From NCBI GenBank assembly GCA_051294905.1, contig CM119372.1:40302001-40366000 (forward strand): DNA of 64,000 nt, read 5' to 3'. Position numbers and translations under genes: made by a program. The notes below the pieces were generated by a model. That model was not told the origin of the DNA, did no database searches, and saw nothing but the letters and a program-made list of their open reading frames with translations. Shown here piece after piece: positions 41,532 through 53,072 of this stretch (position 1 is the stretch's first letter; each line of letters opens with the position of its first letter). Origin of the DNA: Botryllus schlosseri. Taxonomy: Eukaryota.

Positions 41532-41634
41532 AACAGAGGTGTTGTTGAATGTAAAGAGCTGGGGTAACTTGTATTTAAACTACTGCTTACTGATCTATAC
41601 TTGGAACATCAAATTGAGATCATTTCCCATTTCG

Positions 41635-43160
41635 TGCTAATTCCAAATAATTTTGTTAATTAAATTTAATCTGGAAGGAAGTATTTTGAAAGATTGAGAA
41701 CAATTACAATTACTGCAATGAAGGAAAAGTATTCAACACCTTCGATAAGATGTCACAAAGTCTTTACTAAAGACAATCAATGTGTCCTTTGTCTGGTCAA
41801 TTATTGTAATGGAAATCCAAACCCATAGGAATAACGATTCTACTATATTTATTTTCGGATCTTGTTTGCAATCAATTACATTTTCAGCAAAACGAGGTTG
41901 ATGAAGTCAACTGTCTTCTTCTCCAAGCCAAATTGAGAGACAAGCAAATACAATCCAAGACCCAAGCGCATGTCTTATTGAAACAGGTATCGTAATCTTT
42001 CTGTTTTGTGGACCATACAAATATACATAGACCGTTCGTAGACGTACATAGACGTTGTGCTATAAATTTCATCCTGAGTTACAGTTCTGCATTCTCACTG
42101 TGGCCTGTGCGTCTGAATGTCAATGTAAATGTCAAAATGGCCGAATTGAAAAAAGCCCGGACCTAATTCAAGATATTTTTATTAGTCGTTATGCGAATTT
42201 TAGTCCTTCTCAGTGATAGGATTTCACATGTACCCGAGCGCCTTTCCTGCGCTTGTGCAACCTGCATGTGTAAAATATTTATATTTATTTCTGCATAAAA
42301 TTTAGAATTTTCATTGACATATTCAAAACTTTGGAATTTAATCACATTTTCAAGGAGCACAACTTGGAGTCGACCAGTAGAAAAGAAGCAAACACCATGC
42401 TAATTCCAAATAATTTCGTTAATTAAATTTAATCAGGAAGGAAGTATTTTGAAAGATTGAGAACAATTACAATTACTGCAATGAAGGAAAAGTATTCAAC
42501 ACCTTCGATAAGATGTCACAAAGTCTTTACTAAAGACAATCAATGTGTCCTTTGTCTGGTCAATTATTGTAATGGAAATCCAAATCCATAGGAATAACGA
42601 TTCTACTATATTTATTTTCGGATCTTGTTTGCAATCAATTACATTTTCAGCAAAACGAGGTTGATGAAGTCAACTGTCTTCTTCTCCAAGCCAAATTGAG
42701 AGACAAGCAAATACAATCCAAGACCCAAGCGCATGTCTTATTGAAACAGGTATCGTAATCTTTCTGTTTTGTGGACCATACAAATATACATAGACCGTTC
42801 GTAGACGTACATAGACGTTCTGCTATAAATTTCATCCTGAGTTACAGTTCTGCATTCTCACTGTGGCCTGTGCGTCTGAATGTCAATGTAAATGTCAAAA
42901 TGGCCGAATTGAAAAAAGCGCGGACCTAATTCAAGATATTTTTATTAGTCGTTATGCGAATTTTAGTTCTTCTCAGTGATAGCATTTCACATGTACTTGA
43001 GCGCCTTTCCTGCGCTTGTGTAACCTGCATGTGTGAAATATTTATATTTATTTCTGCATAAAATTTAGAATTTTCATTGACATATTCAAAACTTTGGAAT
43101 TTAATCACATTTTCAGGGAGCACAACTTGGAGTCGACCAGTAGAAAAGAAGCAAACATCA
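41635..43160 (+). repeat. Recent 763-bp head-to-tail tandem duplication
   Basis: 41635-42397 versus 42398-43160, about a dozen substitutions by eye. ORF-track twins at 41884 and 42647 are offset by 763. Confidence 0.95.
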
Positions 43161-44474
43161 TGGCACGCCACGAATCAGAGATTGACCGATCCTGGATTGT
43201 AGCTGATGCCAAGAATATAAAACTGCTTCAGTGAAAATGAAGTATTCAGAAACATTGTTGACGTTTTGAGCTACTATGCATTGGATTGTCATACCCTGAA
43301 GGAGTGGTTCTCAAACAGGAGAAAGCATTTGAAGGGGCGTGAACCCGCTGTCAACTAAAATCTTGTTCGCACATGGCAGCTTCTACTTATTTCTCTGTGT
43401 ATGGTCAGAATTTAATATTTGAATATTCTCTCATCAACAACTATTACCGTCACTGCCATCCAACTATCAGTTGGGATTTTTAGCGTTCTGGTTGCTTTTT
43501 TTAATTTCATGATACGACGATAAGGGGTGTGTGAATTTTTTTTGCTATCATAACGGGGCGTGTCCAAATATGTTCATGAACCAGTGCCCTAATGACTTCC
43601 AGATTTCATATTTTGCAGCAGACTGGCAAATAACAACAAAATCTTTTCTGTAAATCTGCAAAATTTGTATGGACTGAAAGAAACGATTTCTTTGTTATTT
43701 AAACAAAAGTGATTGGCATTAACCTGATATAAATCCTTGTAATGCAAGCCCAAGAATATTTTTGATGCATGGTTAGCAGGCCCAATTTCATTAAGAGTAA
43801 AAAAATACTTTGTTACTTGTTTATCGTGGTAGTGGTAGTGAAACTGATATATTCATTGTTTGTTTTTTTACAATAAAATTAGAAATTTACAAGCCATAAT
43901 TTGATCAATTATAAATATGTTTTAATGATTTGTGTTGATCATGTTTTCCGTTAACGGATGTAACCAATGAATTTGAATCCATGCCATTGTCACGAAAGTT
44001 GAAGATACTAAATGATATTTTGTTATCACTATCCCTAATTCCCTATGCATTCATTTTCATGATTGAACGAGTTGCATGATATTTGTAGTGAGTTTGCTCT
44101 TGATCATTTGTGATGTTCGTGATTTCATGGACTATTCCGGAAACGGTTTCAACTGCTGATCTGAATTTATGAAACCCTGTCACAGCAGCTATTGGAAATT
44201 TCAATGTTTGCACGTATTTAATCACCCAGGTTGGGTATTATAAGCGTCATCTATTCATGAATCAATAAAATCTGATTTTATTTTGAGCCCTGCGTTCCGG
44301 TGACTAGTCAACCAGCCACTTTGAGGCTGAACACTTTTTAGGTAAACACTTTTAATTTAAACACTTCGCAACACTTCTAGGCGTTCAATTTTTGGATCAC
44401 GTTTCGTGTTCAATTTTCCGTGTTGAGCAACACTTCAGAATTTACAGTGTAGGCCTATATTTGGTGGTATGACG

Positions 44475-45303
44475 CAGGGTTGGGATGACTAGAGTTACCT
44501 TTTTCGAATGATTTGACTTGACTCGAGTCACTTCGCAAAAATGGCTTGACTCGAATTGACTCGACTCTTCAAAAATTCAGATTGACTCGGGAGTCGAAGA
44601 AAAATTGACGAGTCAATTTCAAGTCATCAAGTAGGCTAATCGATATCGACGAAATTGCTGTATCTTGTATAGTTTCGGATTGCTAACCAATTACCCAATG
44701 ATTGTGCGTTTTACGGAGCCTCCATTGGTAATCACAAAAAATTGATCGCAAACGCAGTAACCGGAGCTTACAGTTTACATTGTCGTAATCTTGATCACCT
44801 TAACTAGGCCTTTTGTAGAATTTTAATCGAACGAATATTGCTCATACGTTTATATAATTGCATATCATTGATATGTACGCTGGTATTATGGTATTGCACC
44901 ATAACATTTTTTTTACTTTCTAAGGCTTCGCACGTTATCCTGTATTTTGGCTGATAAATTATAGACTGAGGGTATATACCGCTATACTCGCGTAGTATAG
45001 CCGTCCTACGTATGCGTGAGTGATACAGCACTTTTTTGCGTGAATAATCAACTCTTCATTCGTTCCACGATTCAGAATAAATGGGGACTTCATCAGTATT
45101 TAAAACAGTTAGCAAAATGCAATGACTTTGAATCATGCCTCGTACTGTGAGAACTCAACTTGAATAGATAGTGACTTGACTCGCGACTTGACTTGACACG
45201 AGTCAACTCCAAAAATCGAGTTACTTGACTTGACTCGAGTCAAAGTATGCATTGTGTAGACATTAACTTGTGACTCGACGGTAGTGACTTGATCCCAATA
45301 CTG
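44475..45303. mobile_element. hAT MITE with GACTTGACTC/GAGTC arrays
   Basis: TIR CAGGGTTGGGAT / ATCCCAATACTG (10/12), TSD GTATGACG/GTATGATG. Confidence 0.8.
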
Positions 45304-45550
45304 GTATGATGGGTTCTCCTTCAAACTACTTCACTACTCTGAGATGAAGTTTCGGTGATGGTTGTGCAAAGACTGAAAAATTCAATGCAATGGACCGAAG
45401 CACCGGACGTCGAATTATTGGATAAGTCAGAGTTACCTTTTACGATCCGTGACTGTTGACATGAGTCGCAGCCCCTTTCAATCAACTAGGCCAAGGCTGT
45501 CAGACTCAAATTGGGTCGCGGGCCGGATTCAAAAGTTTTGATTGTTTTGA

Positions 45551-46500
45551 TTGATGATTTGTAGTAAAGTCAAACTTGATTCTGAATTGGAGAACATTCG
45601 GTCAATCTTTCAGTCAAATGGTTATCCTGATCATATCATTAAAATAACCATGGATCGTAAACTCAAAGATTTCAGAAAACTTAAACCGTTTGGACCTAGA
45701 AAATGTCTTGTTTATTTGCATCTTCCTTGGATTGGGAAAGTGTCCAACAGGTTTGAAAAACAATTTAAATCGTCAGTGAGGCATTGTTTTTCACAAGTAG
45801 AACCTCAGATAATCTTCATGACGAAATCTCTGATGCCTGCAACACAAAAGGATGTGCTACCTGCGACAAATCAAAGCAACATAATATATGAATACACGTG
45901 CCGATGTGACAGTCGGTATGTAGGTCGCACGTCTCAGCGCTTGCAGCAAAGAATTCGCCAGCATGTCCCACGGCAAATTAGAATAACTAATGTTTCTCCT
46001 ACTCCTTCATCGCAGTCTGTTGACACAATGCGTGATTATGATCAAGTTACTGCTTGTAATTCGGCTATTGGACAGCATTTCTTATCCCATCCAGAACGTG
46101 CTGATCATTAGAATGACAGCCAATTTTCTAAACTTGCTCGTGGCCGTTCTCTTTTTCATTTAAAGGTCCTGGAATCTACGATCATAAAGCTACGAAAGCC
46201 GATTCTCTGTCGCCAGAAGGAACGCCTCTACACTCTTGGAATATTTCATTAATGTTATGTGTTGTGTTTTCGGTTATTTGTAACCGAATATGTACTCGTT
46301 AACGTTTGTTTTGTACCGTTGGCGTTACTGCCGTATCTTGCTCGACTACTAGTTGTTTGTTTTTGTTATTATTACGTCATACAAACAAAATAGTTCTTAC
46401 ATTTCGAATTTGATTCACCCTATCACTGACGTTTCGCTACTGATGAGGGTCAGTCGAAAAGCTTTTAGCGAATAAATTAACAATATGAAGTTATTGTTTC
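45551..46500 (+). mobile_element. 5'-truncated Penelope-like retroelement (RT C-terminal region plus GIY-YIG endonuclease plus 3' tail)
   Basis: ELENIRSIFQSNGYP...LPWIG...IIYEYTCRCDSRYVGRTSQRLQQRIRQH...SAIGQH. One premature TAG at 46109-46111, then the frame continues to ...LESTIIKLRKPILCRQKE...* at ~46251. Hammerhead and AATAAA lie downstream. Ends are approximate. Confidence 0.9.
46433..46472 (+). ncRNA. Minimal type I hammerhead ribozyme
   Basis: Stem I TTCGCTA/TAGCGAA (7 bp), core CTGATGA, short stem II G-GGTCAGT-C, GAAA, palindromic stem III AAGCTT and a UUU cleavage triplet. It lies in the tail of a Penelope-like element, where such minimal hammerheads are known. Confidence 0.8.
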
Positions 46501-46628
46501 GCGTTATTAACGCTATGCAGAATGAAATATATCACGGATCATGTGGTCTCTGTTCGAGTAACACCGTTATTCTAAACAATGGAATTGGCAAAAACACCGT
46601 GGTTGGCCGATTGAATGCAGTCAACCAC

Positions 46629-48110
46629 CAATGTTCCCTTTAATTTTTCACGAGTCTGCGCAAATACGCCAACTCACTGCGCAGGCCCCTGAACAACAGT
46701 GCGCAACCAGGCCCCCCATGGGATAATAAACCTAACTTCTGGGGGGCTTCGCCCCCCGGACCCCCCTTAGGCTACGCGCTTTTTACCGCTACTAGTCATC
46801 TATGTCCGGTATTTGTTTAGTGGTGTTACGACTAAACGCGCGCAGCGCGAAAATTTTCTATTATTCATGATCAAATCGGTAAATATCATCGGGAATTGCA
46901 TATATTGCTGTCAATTTTAATCCTGTCTTTGCTCACGTAATCACATTTACAGGTAAAGCTGATCGAGTGAGAAAAGGTAAGACCCCTAAATATAATTAAA
47001 CATCTTCGGGCGTACCCGTTGGTATGACTTCCTTACATCATGCTATTTCGTGACCTCCTATCTGCTATGCCAAAAGATATTTAAATCTGGACATAAGTCA
47101 CTTTGATTCCACTGCGACGATATGGTGACATACTACGGATTACTAGAAGACAGACATACACGCACGAGAATGCACTTGAAATCAATACATGCGATCGATG
47201 TAGGCCTATCGCGTTAAAACACTGATGTGACGTCTTAATACCGGCAATGCACTCATTACTATCAAGATATAATATACGAATATATAATGATACGATATAT
47301 AATGACACGAATATTCAAGTCTGATTGAAGCAAGAACAAGATCAGCGTATGACCTTATCGACAGAAGATACCCGTTCAAACGAATCGAATAAAATCACAA
47401 ATTTGTGCTGCTGAGAAGCTGAAGGCACGAAGTGCACAGTGCATATAATTGCTGCATTTCCGATCAACGTTTGCCAAGGGATGGATTTTTTCAACAATAT
47501 TGGTGCTTGTACTTGCATATTCTGCATATTATCCTATATCACCATACGTGATCAGATTCGCCTGAAGGAAGTGATGACTTCGAAAATTCGCAGCATGTAA
47601 TTGTACAGTAAATCTTACACAATATTCATGCCACGCGGAGAAGACTATTCGTTAGTATCTCGCAGTTAATTTCGAGCTAGCCCATTGTTATTTATAACTT
47701 TGTTAAACCATGTTACTTCGCCATTCCCACAAAGGATTGCGCTATTGATATGATATCAGTATCGCTCACACATACGATACCATAATAAAAGAAAAATCTC
47801 TTTCTTGAGTCGCACTCGATTGCAAATTCTCATTGCTTCGCGGAACGCAATATTTGCCTTTTCGGGCCGCACTTGTAGGCCTACCTCGGTTTCAGACTTC
47901 AGCGATAGCACTATTCACCCCTGGCAATGTTCCCTCTCATTTTTCTCGAGTCTGAGCGCCTGCGCAGTGCTTTGGACAAGAGTGCGTATGCGCAACGATT
48001 AAGAAAAAATCATCACTTCGGATTTTTTGTGCGCAGCCTGGATTTTCTGTGCGCAGAGACCGTTTCAGCACTGCGCATTTGCGAACGTGCGCAGCTTAGA
48101 GGGAATATTG
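46629..48110. mobile_element. Composite CAATGTTCCC-family hAT element
   Basis: TIRs CAATGTTCCCTTTAA / TTAGAGGGAATATTG, perfect TSD TCAACCAC, second internal left end at 47925. Confidence 0.85.
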
Positions 48111-48922
48111 TCAACCACCGAATCTGTGGCTCTGGAGCCGATATAAGTTGAAGCACCCTTGTTTCAGTCGTGATGTGTTGTTCGCCCGGAGCATTAGTGC
48201 TGAGGAATACAAGATATTGTAAATGCTGACGTTGGAATTTTGTTCAATATTTTTATATCGCCAATTCAACATTCGAGTTTCTCTGCAGACCGAGGTGTGC
48301 TGGGCTGCAGTGCGACTAAGGATATTGCAATTATATTATTCGTGTAGCTAACAAATTCCACACGTATTTAACATATACAGCGGTTGGGCATTGGCGATTT
48401 CGCCTCCGTTTATAATTATTATTTAGTCCATTTTTTCACAAAACTCTCAGGTGTGAATTTTTTCGCCTTCTCAGAATGTAGCGACAATGTCACCGACATG
48501 TAGTTGATGGGTATTTGAGTAAGAACACAACACCGTCGACAGGTGGTCATAATTTGGCCTATGAAAATGTTCGATATGTGCGGTCTTGACAAAGTAGAAA
48601 TGTGCTGGATAATACATAAATTTTCAATTTACTCAAAATTGGCATGCGGGCTGGAAGAAACTGTCTGGCAAGCCGTATGTTTGATACTCCTCAACTAGGC
48701 GATTCAGGTATTATTCTATAGCGCCGTCCTGCGGTGTTGGTAATAGGAAGCCTTTACATATTATTAATTTCCAGCAATAAAGGCTGAGAAAGAGTTTCCT
48801 AGCCAAACAGATTGTTAAATTTTTGAATTCGAATTAATAGACTTAAATTTACGAAGCTCCTGTCTTAGTTAGTGGTAGTGACTAGTAGCCTACCAGATAC
48901 TCTCATGCAACAGTTTGCATAG

Positions 48923-49082
48923 TGTAGAGGCCATTGCTCAGATAGGAGGTTTATTCACTCAGTCGTACTCAACAAACCAACAGCGACGAGACCAAACAAG
49001 AAGAGACACGCCTAGCATGAAATCACTAGAGCATCACAAGGGCGCCAACCCAGATAGGGGGCGCACGAGGGCTGCCACATCA
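48923..49082 (-). repeat. 3' LTR of Gypsy element
   Basis: Direct repeat of 54465-54625, preceded on the minus strand by the purine-rich TGGGAGGG (49083-49090, putative PPT). Confidence 0.93.
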
Positions 49083-49191
49083 CCCTCCCATCAATTTTGA
49101 GAGGTGCTACTCAAGTAGACTCTCACAACAAAATACAAGCAATAACCATGCAACAAGCATTAACTGAAAAAAAAAACAAAAAAAAAAACTT

Positions 49192-52100
49192 TCACATAAC
49201 ATAGTCATTAAACCGTGAGGGCATTTGTCTGCTACGGCCGGGCAGGACGCTCGGTATCTCTTCCGACACAGCGATGACGGTCTCACCGACTGAATCGTCC
49301 TCCAGAGCTGGAAGTGATTCAACATCATCCACGTAAGGATGTAAATTATCCATATGCACAATGCGATATCGTTCGGAGTCCACTTGTTTTATCCGATAGA
49401 GGAATTGTTCAATTCGCTCTGACACAACCCATGGGCCGGTCCTCAATTTTGACTTCGCGGGTGGATGGAAATACCAGCACAAGGTACCAGTTTCCAGAAT
49501 CAAGGGTTTAACAGATGGATCGAAGTTTCTAGACTGGCGGATAGCAGACTTACTCAGTGGCTCACGGGCATACGCAAAAGCATCTGTACTAGCAATGTCA
49601 AACCACTTGACAAACTCAGTATAACAACGATAGGCAGTGTTGCATGGCAGTTTACCGAACATGATATCAACAGGAAGGGATATCTCTCTTCCTAAAAACA
49701 AACGATTAGGGGTATAACCAGTAGATGCATGCACTGATGACCTGTAAGCCATGGATAAATAAGGTAAATGTTCATCCCAGTTGTCTTGGGCACTGTTCAC
49801 AAAACTTTTGAGCATTTGCAGATAAACCCGATTGTTCCTTTCTGTGAGCCCGTCTGATCTAGGGTGATAGGGAGTAGTGCGAGTTTTATCAATATCAAAT
49901 AGCATACACATTTGCTTAAAAAGGTCAGATTCAAATTGTACACCCTGGTCCGTATGGATTATAGACGGCGCACCAAATCTGGTGAAAATTTCAGTCACAA
50001 GTACATCTGCAGCAGAAGCAGCCAACAAGTTTTTCAACGGGATTGCTTCTACCCATTTTGAGAAGTAGTCAGTACATACCATAATGTACTTATAACCCGA
50101 TTCCGTCTCATTCAAGGGACCCATGAAATCAATAGAAATTCTGTCAAATGGCTCAGCACATAACATTTTCTGCAAATTAGCCTTGTGACCTCCATGAGGA
50201 GTTTTCGATTTGGTACACACAGAACAGTATTTAATCCAACTTTCAGCGTCACGTTTCATTCCAGGCCAATACACCCTATCTCTCAATTTCTTATAAGTAC
50301 GATCACGGCCCAAATGACCTGCTATTCGCAATGCATGAAACTGGTGAAAAATATCCTTACGAACCGAAAGAGGCAGGACTAATTGAAATATTGGTTTACC
50401 CCCAGGATTAGAATGCACAAATTCACGATAAAGTACCCCATTTCGCAGACTGATGAGTCGCCATTGCGAACACAAGTCCCGGACCTGTTTTTGCTGAAAC
50501 AGAAGTTCAGTCCCAGAAGGTCTACAATCTCTTGTTTCCTTCATTGAAATGACTGTTTTCAAGTCCTTGTCTTTCATCTGCAGCTCCTTCAAATTTTCTT
50601 CAGTGTATGACCGCAACCAGTTTGACAAATCAGGTCTTGTAGATGCAGATTCGGCAGCAACCTGCTCCAAACTTCCTACGATGACCGCAGCACATCTTGT
50701 TGCTGGAGGTTCCGCCAAGTCACAACAGTCCGAGCATTCCTCTCGCTCACAGCGTCTACGGTACTTCCTGGAAAGACCATCAGCATTCCCATGCAACACG
50801 CCCGGACGATGTTCTACTGTATAATCATAGCTGCTCAGAAACGCAATCCATCTTGCCACCAAGGGACCATGGGGTTCGCTCGAAGTGAGAAGCCAACGCA
50901 ATGAAGAATGATCAGTCCTCAGAATAAATGGTCTCCCCCAAAGGTAATGCCGGAAATGCTCAATTGCCCATCTTGCAGCATAAAGCTCTCGATATGTAGC
51001 ACAGTAATTCCTCTGTGATTTGTTGAGAGTAGTACTTGCATAAGCGATTACCCTCTCAAGACCCTCTTGCTTCTGTGAGAGAACCGCACCCACACCAAAA
51101 GCTCTGCAATCAGTGTCAAGAATGAACACTTCACCATCTTCACGTGGGTAAGACAGTATCGGAGATTTTGTCAATAACTCCTTCAAGGTGTCAAACGCAT
51201 TTTAGCATTGATCGTCCCAGTTAAAAGGCACATTCTTCATTGTCAGATGTGTCAGTGGGTAAGCGATGGACGCGAATGACTTCACATACTGCCGATAATA
51301 GTTTGCGGTGCCCAGGAAAGCCTGGAGATCTTTCAACTTCCCAGGAACCGGCCAGTCACGAATCGACGATATCTTTGTCTCACTGCAGCTAACCCCTTTG
51401 TCTGAAATTTCATGGCCAAGATATTGTACACGTCTTTGGAACAACCTGCATTTAGTTGGTTTGAACTTTAGTCCCGCCGAGCGTATCCTGGAGAAAACGT
51501 GTCGAAGGTTCTCCATTTCGTGCTCAAACATTTTTCCGAAAACCATAACATCATCCAGGAAAACCAGAGCTCGCGACCATAATACATCAGCAAGAACTTT
51601 CTCCATCAATCTCTGAAACAGAGCTGGCGAATTTGCCAATCCCATGGGAAGTACTGTAAATTGGTAATGGTTATGACCTGGAACACTGAAGGCTGTTTTG
51701 GAGCGATCCTTAGGATCAATTGTGACTTGGAAAAAACCGCTTGCCAAGTCCAGACATGAAAACCACGAGGCTCCTCCCAACGAATCCAAAATATCTTCAA
51801 TTCGAGGTAATGAGTACGCATCTTTGACCGTTACGCTATTCAGTTTTCTGTAATCCAGAACAATTCTCCAGGAATTATCTTTTTTAGGAACCAGCATAAT
51901 TGATGCATTGAAAGGTGAATCAGACTCCTCTATCACGTTCTGTGCTCTCAGCTTTTCCACTTCTTGAATAGCCAACTTGCGTTTCTCCCAGCCTATGCGC
52001 CGAGGACGTACTTTGACAGGCTGCTTTGTGGTGAGAGTGATTCTATGCTGCAAAACTTGCGTCTGTCCGAGTTTCCCATCCGGCCCAATGAAAACATCCT

Positions 52101-53072
52101 GGAATTCAGTCAAGAGATCCCGCACTGCAGACTACTGCTCCTCCGTTAAGTTCTGAACCCCATCTAACATGGAACTCAGATGACCTGGAAATTCTCCCGT
52201 TTGCAATTTCGATTCTTCACCTAAATAGTACTTCGCTTCACCCGGGGGCACCTCTTCATCTTCACTCTTCCTTATACTGGCAATGCCGGAAACTCTTCCA
52301 TGTACATCCTGGAAGTTGTCTGCAGGGCAAATCATGCCAACAAAAGTGCCAGAGGGTATCTCAACCACACAATCTGAATCATTTACAACCAGAACTGGCA
52401 CCGAACATTCTGATGCGGTAACGAAAGCAGGACACACATACACTCCCGACTTATTCTGTGCCCACGAAAAATCCCTGACTGGCTCAACTACAGCCGTAAC
52501 TCCCTTAACATCCACTGGCCAAGGGTGGTTATTCTCTCCAGTCACACATAATTGACTGTGAGCGGGGACCAAAATTGATTCCCTAATGTTTATACGGCTG
52601 CACGTGACATTATTGGAACTCATTAATTGAACCGAGTCATCACCCACTTGCAGTACTCTACGTCTGGCATACAAGGTGACATCAACTCCTTCAGAGCATC
52701 CATACCCAAAATACCAATTTTCGCTCCGAGCTCAGCCACAAACACTCGCATCCTCACACAAACTTTATTTATACACAACTTGAGTGTGCAACTTCCATGC
52801 ACTACTAGGGGTCTGCCATTAGCCACTTTAAATCGATTGTCATCCGGACTCGATTCTAGCTCACCGACATCAATAAACTCCCGTAACCCAGAATCTATGA
52901 ATGTTACCGGACTACCGGTATCTACCAAAAATTTATAATCTGCCCTGGCAATACTAACAAGTGTGTACCAGTTGGTTGAAACATTGAGGGAGCAAATCAA
53001 GTTATCCAGATCATCATCAACTGTATTACAAGCGGGGTTACTGGTTTCGCACCCCGCTACTGCGAGTTTAAA
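49192..53072 (-). pseudogene. pol: Gypsy pol (protease, RT, RNase H, integrase), disrupted
   Basis: Protease FLVDTGS; RT LDLASGFFQ, PMGLANSPA, FLDD; RNase H LDTD, RELYA, TDH; integrase H-H-C-C and D,D,E (IDF, TDQG, TERNN). Frameshift near 52670 and in-frame stops at 52132-52134 and 51202-51204. Confidence 0.95.
53031..53072 (-). promoter_or_regulatory. -1 programmed ribosomal frameshift signal at gag/pol overlap
   Basis: U UUA AAC in the gag frame (53072-53066), a 7-nt spacer, then an 8-bp stem AGCGGGGT/ACCCCGCT with a 12-nt loop. A -1 shift enters the protease frame (FKLAVAG). Confidence 0.85.

Larger units (their letters stand above)
37941..43225 (+). repeat. Older tandem duplication: copy A ~37941-39030, copy B ~39041-43225 (expanded by insertions)
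   Basis: Colinear similarity, starting at an offset of exactly 1100 bp (TGCAGGTAGTATGTATTG) and ending in the shared CATGGCACGCCACGAATCAG...GCTGATG..AAGAATAT block. Confidence 0.85.
35980..44449. mobile_element. Large non-autonomous EnSpm/CACTA-like (CMC) DNA transposon, ~8.5 kb
   Basis: Perfect 10-bp TIR CACTGTAAAT (35980-35989) / ATTTACAGTG (44440-44449), TA on both outer sides, and clusters of (A)ACACT/GTGTT subterminal motifs at both ends (about 36005-36260 and 44329-44436). Confidence 0.65.
45492..48692. mobile_element. Old hAT Charlie/Buster-type element hosting the Penelope fragment and nested MITEs
   Basis: Degenerate TIRs CAAGGCTGTCAGAC / GTTTGATACTCCTC, perfect TSD AACTAGGC. Internal sequence related to ~3047-3700. 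Confidence 0.75.
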
